A stretch of 64,000 nt of DNA from Gemmatimonadaceae bacterium (GTDB lineage Bacteria > Gemmatimonadota > Gemmatimonadetes > Gemmatimonadales > Gemmatimonadaceae). Of the stretch, positions 60,729-64,000 are shown one piece after another. The DNA is taken from contig DASRDS010000204.1 in assembly GCA_035652495.1 (NCBI GenBank), forward strand, positions 3,214-67,213, given 5' to 3'. Within the stretch, counting starts at the first letter, position 1, and every line of letters begins with the position of its first letter. The translations under genes and the position numbers were made by a program. Under the pieces are notes generated by a model. It saw only the letters and a list, made by a program, of their open reading frames with translations, did no database searches and was not told where the DNA came from.

Positions 60729-61670
60729 TTGGCAGATAGATTCCAAGTCCTCTCATTGGATGGCGGCGGCGCGAGAGGGTTATTCGCAGCCGCAGTGCTG
60801 GCTGCCGTCGAACGGGACCTGAATATCAAGCTCGTAGATCACTTCGACCTAATCGCCGGGACGTCGACAGGTGGCATTATTGCCATTGGTCTCGGCCTCG
60901 GCTTGACACCGCGCGAAATGGTCGAATTCTATGTCAAGCATTCGCCGCAAGTGTTTCGCAACCGGCTTTATACGAGGTCATTTCAGCAATGGATTTATCG
61001 GAAATACTCCGCGCATCCACTTGAGTCCGCGCTGAAGGAGATGTTTGGAGAGCGACCCTTTGGCGAGAGCACTAAGCGGTTGGTGATTCCCAGCTATGAT
61101 CTGGGAACCGATGACGTGTACGTATTTCGCACAGCTCATGACGAACGCTTCAAGCGTGACTACAAGTCACCGGCGTGGCATGTCGCAATGGCGACATCTG
61201 CTGCACCAACATATTTTCCGTCTTTCAGGCGTATCGACCGTCTTCGGTTGATTGATGGCGGAATCTGGGCTAACAACCCGGCGATGGTTGGATTGGTCGA
61301 GTCATTCGGTACGCTGAAATCGGACCTGAGCCACATTCACATCTTAAGTATCGGCACTTACGAGAGCATCTCACACCGGCGTCGCCTGTTGAATAATGGA
61401 GGCAGACTGGTTTGGGCACGGACCGTACCAGACGTCATTCTGAAGGCCGGAAGCGTTGGAATCAACAATCAAGTCCGATTTCTGATAGGGGATAGGTTTG
61501 TCCGACTCAATCCAAAGGTTGCGGCGAACGAGGTCTCGCTTGACGAGGCGGACAGTGCCGACGATCTCATCGGTCGAGCTAGTTATTACAGTCGGCGAAA
61601 CATGCCAGAAATCTCATCGCGCTTCATGCAGCACCGCGCTGCCACTTTCATTCCGGTTTACAAACCCTAG
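60729..61670 (+). CDS. patatin-like phospholipase
   Basis: LSLDGGGARG (oxyanion hole), AGTSTGG (nucleophile Ser), LIDGGIWANNP (catalytic Asp). TTG start with GGAG upstream. 313 aa. Confidence 0.9.
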   Translation: MADRFQVLSLDGGGARGLFAAAVLAAVERDLNIKLVDHFDLIAGTSTGGIIAIGLGLGLTPREMVEFYVKHSPQVFRNRLYTRSFQQWIYRKYSAHPLESALKEMFGERPFGESTKRLVIPSYDLGTDDVYVFRTAHDERFKRDYKSPAWHVAMATSAAPTYFPSFRRIDRLRLIDGGIWANNPAMVGLVESFGTLKSDLSHIHILSIGTYESISHRRRLLNNGGRLVWARTVPDVILKAGSVGINNQVRFLIGDRFVRLNPKVAANEVSLDEADSADDLIGRASYYSRRNMPEISSRFMQHRAATFIPVYKP

Positions 61671-62200
61671 AAATTGCGGCACCTTGCAATCGCACTTATG
61701 GATTATTCGGGTCCGACTCAATTCAACCGCTTAAGCCCCAGGCGTCGTGACGGTCGTCTGAATCAGCGGACAGCACTACGGGATCTCGCCTCAAGTCACA
61801 TTTCGGTACTCTGACCGTCTAGGGGTGAACTAGGAGGTCACAGCCTGCGCGGTTCCCACGCAGATCCATTCAGGGGTGACGTGTCATCGATAACTGCCGG
61901 TGCGCCGGCACCGCGTCTCGGCAAAACGGCGCCGGCGCGCTAACTGCCGACCCTGCGCCGCGGCGCCGCGTCCAGGGCGCCCCGAGCGCAGTCGAGGGAC
62001 GCCGCGTCAGCGGGCCTGCCCCTGGACGCGGCGAGCCCGGCGCCACAGAATCTCGTGCGCGACGGCGCCCACGAAGCGGCGACACGGATGAGCGAGAAAT
62101 AAGAGACGAGCGGCACCCCGTTCGATGCAGCAGCCCAATCAGAAAAACGACGGCAGAGACCTTCCGCCCGGCAACACGGCCAAGCCCCCACCAGTCTCAT

Positions 62201-62515
62201 TTATTTGTTCGCGTTCTTCAGCGCAGCGTATGTCGTCGTCTCCTCACTGGTCATGCACCGATCGCACAGTTCTCGGCTGCGCTTGAATGCGCGCAGCGCG
62301 TCGTCCTCGTGGCCTTCCTTGGCGAATGCGTACCCGAGCATCGCGTGCAGTCGGCCATCGTTCGGTAGCTCTCTTAGGGCAATCTGCAGCTGACGCTCGG
62401 CGTCGGCCCAGTGTCCTGTTTCTAACAGCAAGCTCGCCAGCGCGACTTGCGCATCGGAGGAGTCCGGAGCCAGATCCACTGCCGTCCGATACGCTGCGAG
62501 TGCCCCCGCTCGATT
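62201..62515 (-). pseudogene. TPR-repeat protein C-terminal fragment
   Basis: AGALAAYRTAVDLAPDSSDAQVALASLLLETGHWADAERQLQIALRELPNDGRLHAMLGYAFAKEGHEDDALRAFKRS. No plausible start, and an upstream in-frame stop at 62576-62578. Confidence 0.55.
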
Positions 62516-62880
62516 CGGCCGTGAAGAACACGGCGTTTCCAGACATCTCCTCGCCGGATTGAGTCGATCGTCTGACTACGTTGCCGGCTTCATCTCGCTC
62601 TTCACAGATCACGCCAGCGCACCACACCAGTCGACGGTCGCTCTGCAGGACCCCGTCCTCACGTTCGACGAGGCGCACGCGGCGTCTCAAGCCGTCGTAG
62701 AGATACTCGGAGCGGTGCGTCCCGACATTCACCGCGACGAGCTGATTGCGGGCGTCCCACTCGAAGCTGCGGCTGCCGTCGGTCGTGAGATTGCCATTCG
62801 CGTCAATGGGAGCACTTACGTGTGGCTTTGCAGTCGATAGTGTCTTACGGGACGGGTCGTTTGACTCAGCCGTTGCGGCG
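62480..62880 (-). pseudogene. RHS/YD-repeat protein internal fragment
   Basis: IDANGNLTTDGSRSFEWDARNQLVAVNVGTHRSEYLYDGLRRRVRLVE...LVWCAGVICEERDEAGNVVRR...FFTAESSGGTRSVSDGSG matches the YD-repeat consensus. No N-terminal shell or C-terminal toxin. The junction with the TPR fragment is uncertain. Confidence 0.6.
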
Positions 62881-62884
62881 TCGA

Positions 62885-63334
62885 TCATCCTTGTGGGTGC
62901 ACCATGCGTGCGCCGACCGTAATACTCGCGGTGCATGTCGCAGTGCGAGAGCCATTCTTCACCGATCCCTGCAGTGAGTACGTACCGCCTTGAGCATAAG
63001 AATGCCGTACGGCCTTCTCGATGCGGTACTTCGAAGGTCGACCAGAGACGATACTCGGTCGAGGACGCGATTCGTTTCCCGACCGACCGTCGCCGAGGCT
63101 CCAGGAGATGTCGATGCTATCGCCGTCTGGTGGACCGAAATCTTCCACTTCAATGTGGAATTCGATGTCCAAAGCAGTCGCGCCTGACCACGCCGTGCAG
63201 TGAGGAGCTAACAAGCGAACACTTTCCTTTGCGTCTAGACGCTGGTTGTCGCGATCTCCAGGGATTGGAAACACGCACGCCTGAGCGCTCGCAAAGGCCA
63301 GCAGTGCTGCCATGATGATGACACCAATCTTCAT
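62885..63334 (-). CDS. small exported PKD-domain protein
   Basis: Signal MKIGVIIMAALLAFASAQA. ISWSLGDGRSG...HSYAQGGTYSLQGSVKNGSRTATCTASITV matches the PKD signature. Confidence 0.65.
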   Translation of the reverse strand: MKIGVIIMAALLAFASAQACVFPIPGDRDNQRLDAKESVRLLAPHCTAWSGATALDIEFHIEVEDFGPPDGDSIDISWSLGDGRSGNESRPRPSIVSGRPSKYRIEKAVRHSYAQGGTYSLQGSVKNGSRTATCTASITVGARMVHPQG

Positions 63335-63486
63335 CCAACTCTCCATACGGCAACGTCTTTTGCCCAGTCTGCCTTGTCATCTCAATCCCGTTAACTGCAC
63401 TGGATCAACGCACCACCCGGCGACGGATGCTCGTAACAGACCTCCTCTACGCGGCGTTCTGCCGTACCGCACCAGGTTCATCGTCG

Positions 63487-63843
63487 TCATCTGCGGGACT
63501 GAAGATACTTGGCTGCGACTAAAGGGCCGAGCACGAACAAACGCTCGGTCCAGAATCGCCTCTCGTCTGACGAGAGTGAGTTCGACAACAGCACATGTGC
63601 TACGGCGATGATGGTTCCCGTCACGGCCACGAAACCACAGCCCAATAACGCGGGAACAAACAACTCCGAATTATCCCAAAACGCTCGCGGGAAGAAGAAC
63701 CCAGTGAGCGCACAAAAGCCGCCCCCAGCCATCGAAATGTGGATGGCCAATCCAGTCCACCACACGAGAGACGCTCGGCGACCTACCACGGGACGACTCT
63801 GCAATCTGCCCGTCCTATACCGACCCCGATTGAAGGACCCCAC
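63487..63843 (-). CDS. small 3-TM membrane protein
   Basis: 118 aa with three hydrophobic helices. Confidence 0.4.
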   Translation of the reverse strand: MGSFNRGRYRTGRLQSRPVVGRRASLVWWTGLAIHISMAGGGFCALTGFFFPRAFWDNSELFVPALLGCGFVAVTGTIIAVAHVLLSNSLSSDERRFWTERLFVLGPLVAAKYLQSRR

Positions 63844-64000
63844 CCGAACGAATCTTGACCAGCGCTTCCAATGGGATAGGAAACGACGGTATCTGAAGTG
63901 TGAAATTCATGAAGGTCCTCCGGCCGACAGACTCCGGTTACAGCAGCGCCTTTGATCTGAACGCTGAAGTCGATTCCGGCTGTGAAAACGGCTCCCCAAA

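Noticed and set aside
57349-61670. Calling the NTase/patatin locus a canonical CBASS operon
   Set aside because: The effector is divergently transcribed, there are no Cap2/Cap3/SAVED-type genes, and the NTase active-site context resembles GlnD/GlnE-type enzymes as much as CD-NTases. It is kept as a candidate novel system, not annotated as CBASS.

Overview
High-GC bacterial chromosome segment: about 65-70% GC on lines sampled by eye, not computed. It is probably Acidobacteriota-like. That guess is an inference from CarboxypepD_reg-TonB receptors, an orphan MacB/FtsX permease and DUF5818-type proteins.

nt 1-26.2k looks like core genome:
- The 3' end of a P1B ATPase, a TonB-dependent receptor, and a LytS/LytTR two-component pair.
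- A creatininase-family gene.
- A minus-strand operon encoding a P-type ATPase fused to an HflK-like SPFH domain, followed by HflC-like and HflK-like genes.
- A ZnuCB-like ABC pair and a MacB-like permease.
- A long plus-strand copper-handling operon: CopD, CopC, CusF/HMBD-like, BNR protein, cytochrome c, PCuAC, SCO1. It carries two paralogous Cys/His-rich small proteins.

From about 26.3k the window becomes a mosaic of lower-GC (about 50-55%) accessory DNA and mobile-element debris:
- Three copies of the 3' half of a tRNA-Asn(GUU), with no intact tRNA in the window.
- Two inverted IS481-like transposase remnants, an IS5-family fragment, a frameshifted tyrosine integrase, an IS3/IS407-like element with a nonsense codon, and a decayed IS3 remnant.
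- A core-like high-GC block (MscS, GlgX, GH63-like glucosidase) embedded in this region.

The most interesting accessory modules are:
1. 57.3-61.7k: a nucleotidyltransferase translationally coupled to a 2H-phosphoesterase::N6-adenine methyltransferase fusion, with a divergent patatin phospholipase. This is a candidate nucleotide-signalling defence system.
2. 43.4-46.3k: an operon for a secreted 10-Cys/8-Tyr peptide with a thioredoxin-fold protein, a tandem GNAT and a sulfotransferase.
3. 46.7-53.7k: a divergent operon combining an RHH regulator, a LolA-like protein, an outer-membrane barrel, an ACP, a Cys-less KS partner and a KAS-II-type ketosynthase.

No rRNA, intact tRNA or CRISPR array was seen. 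Several long ORFs in the track are antisense artefacts of high-GC genes. Coordinates not taken directly from the ORF track were anchored to track frames by codon counting.
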